Source of the DNA: Anthoceros angustus
Lineage: Eukaryota; Plantae; Anthocerotophyta
Reading direction: 5' to 3'
Assembly (NCBI GenBank): GCA_010909165.1
Contig: VJWM01000119.1
Span: 186,001 to 250,000 of the forward strand
Length of the DNA stretch: 64,000 bases
How positions within the stretch are numbered: the stretch's first letter is position 1; every line of letters starts with the position of its first letter. The notes below the pieces were generated by a model. That model was not told the origin of the DNA. It saw only the letters and a list, made by a program, of their open reading frames with translations, and searched no databases. Both the position numbers and the translations under genes were made by a program. Below, one piece after another: positions 62,790-64,000 of this stretch.

Positions 62790-63440
62790 GTTGAGAACAC
62801 ACGGTTGCAAAGATAGAGTGGAAGCAAGGGTCTCCCAAACTTGGAGAGGATACGGGAAAATTGTTTGCACATCTGGGGTTTAGTTAGTAAGGATCTAAAG
62901 ACTCGAGACCAGGTGTAGAAGAGATAGGTGGATTGCAATTCATTACGAACGGACCTACTAGAAGGAGGAGGCAAAAATTGGAAGAGAGAGTAGGTTGGGA
63001 GGCTTTCGGGACACAAGCCAAGCTTCTCGAGCCAAGTAGAAGATTGGGCATACCAGCAAGTCTTGCTATCTAAAAAGGCTAACTTCCGCGAGGACTGAAA
63101 ATTAAGGAGGAGGTATTGGGGAGTGGAGGTGGGGTTAGTGGACTAAGCTTCCTTTAAAGAATAGAGGCGCTATAGGAAGCTGGTTAGATGAAATAGACCC
63201 TCATTCTCAAGAGGGAAAGTGACAAACTAAGCAACAAAGATGGCCAAGGGGATGGACTTCTTACAGACGATTTGCGACCAAAGAAAGGATGTATGAACCC
63301 ATTCCACTTTGCTCCTGTCATCCTACGAAACACAGGGCCCTTAAACTCCACACAATACATAACAAAGGAAACAACAACTATATTGAACAACCACTACTAA
63401 GTGGGGATGTCCTTGACATGCATCCCAGAGCAATGCTTCC
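62790..63440 (-). mobile_element. Decayed LINE fragment (region C-terminal to RT)
   Basis: Minus-strand fragments VEWVHTSFL..QIVCKKSIPLAI, LFHLTSFL*RLYSLK and WYAQSSTWLEKLG, with many stops. Confidence 0.55.
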
Positions 63441-63625
63441 GAACCCCACATGCTAATAACAAGGTCTCCTAAGAAGTGGAGACAGGCTCCACTTTTTAGA
63501 GACCGAGGTCGTTTAGGCCAAATGTGACCTCTAAAATGAAAACGAAACCCTCTTTTAAGGGTTTGCCCTCAAACAAGACCCAAAAACACACTCTTCGGTG
63601 GGCCCACCTTTGTGAAAAGCACCTG

Positions 63626-63784
63626 CCAATTATAGGTCAATTTGGTGTGGGCTCTCATCGTCTCAGGATTAAAATTGATAGATGGTTGCATCCAAGGCCA
63701 CCTAAAGATACTAAAATATGCAGGTTACGCAATAGGGATGTTGAGACCGAGGAACACGTTCTTTTCTTCTGCCACATAATATGA
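63626..63784 (+). mobile_element. LINE C-terminal zinc-knuckle fragment
   Basis: GQFGVGSHRLRIKIDRW...ICRLRNRDVETEEHVLFFC matches the R.GSH.L..E.GR...CxxC...E.E.H.L..C tail of LINE ORF2. Confidence 0.7.
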
Positions 63785-64000
63785 CGAATGCTTTTGCCAA
63801 CTTATTCACAGCACCTCGGTCTTGGCTCCGAAGTTTCTTCTCTTTTCCCGACCCTTTTCTTACAAGTGTATGCTTGAAACAAATGTGCAATTTCAGAATT
63901 GAGTATATATATCAAGCTGAGCCCTGAATCCCTAACAGGACCTTGAAGCCGAGGGTGTTGTGGGAATCCTTTGCGCCTCTCCTCGCCGGCGCCAGTGAGA

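Overview
Gene-dense nuclear DNA of a land plant with short (about 70-230 nt) GT-AG introns. A bacterial-type plastid sulfate-binding protein, a HIP-type aquaporin, a PLS PPR gene and a TFxP-repeat gene point to a non-seed plant, most likely a bryophyte such as a hornwort (inference). Genes, in order: 3' part of NMCP1/CRWN; a frameshifted PLS-E+ PPR gene; intron-containing tRNA-Tyr; two tandem CYP72-clan P450s; a SAP/HeH-like protein; HIP aquaporin; a GEF-domain-only eEF1B; a decayed LRR gene; plastid GrpE; RPL24; KELP; Sbp; intronless ERdj3B; a TFxP-repeat/EF-hand-like gene; and a DOMON-like heme-binding protein. AT-rich islands between them hold tandem repeats and Copia, LINE and CRE-like remnants. 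The most interesting observations are a decayed prokaryote-like beta-class N6A/N4C DNA methyltransferase (61.26-61.88 kb, minus strand), a 450-bp fold-back with a perfect 21-bp core (candidate MIRNA/hpRNA, 28.95-29.40 kb), the spliced nuclear Sbp gene, and the H-H-A-R aquaporin. All exon models and family calls were made by eye; no database search was run.
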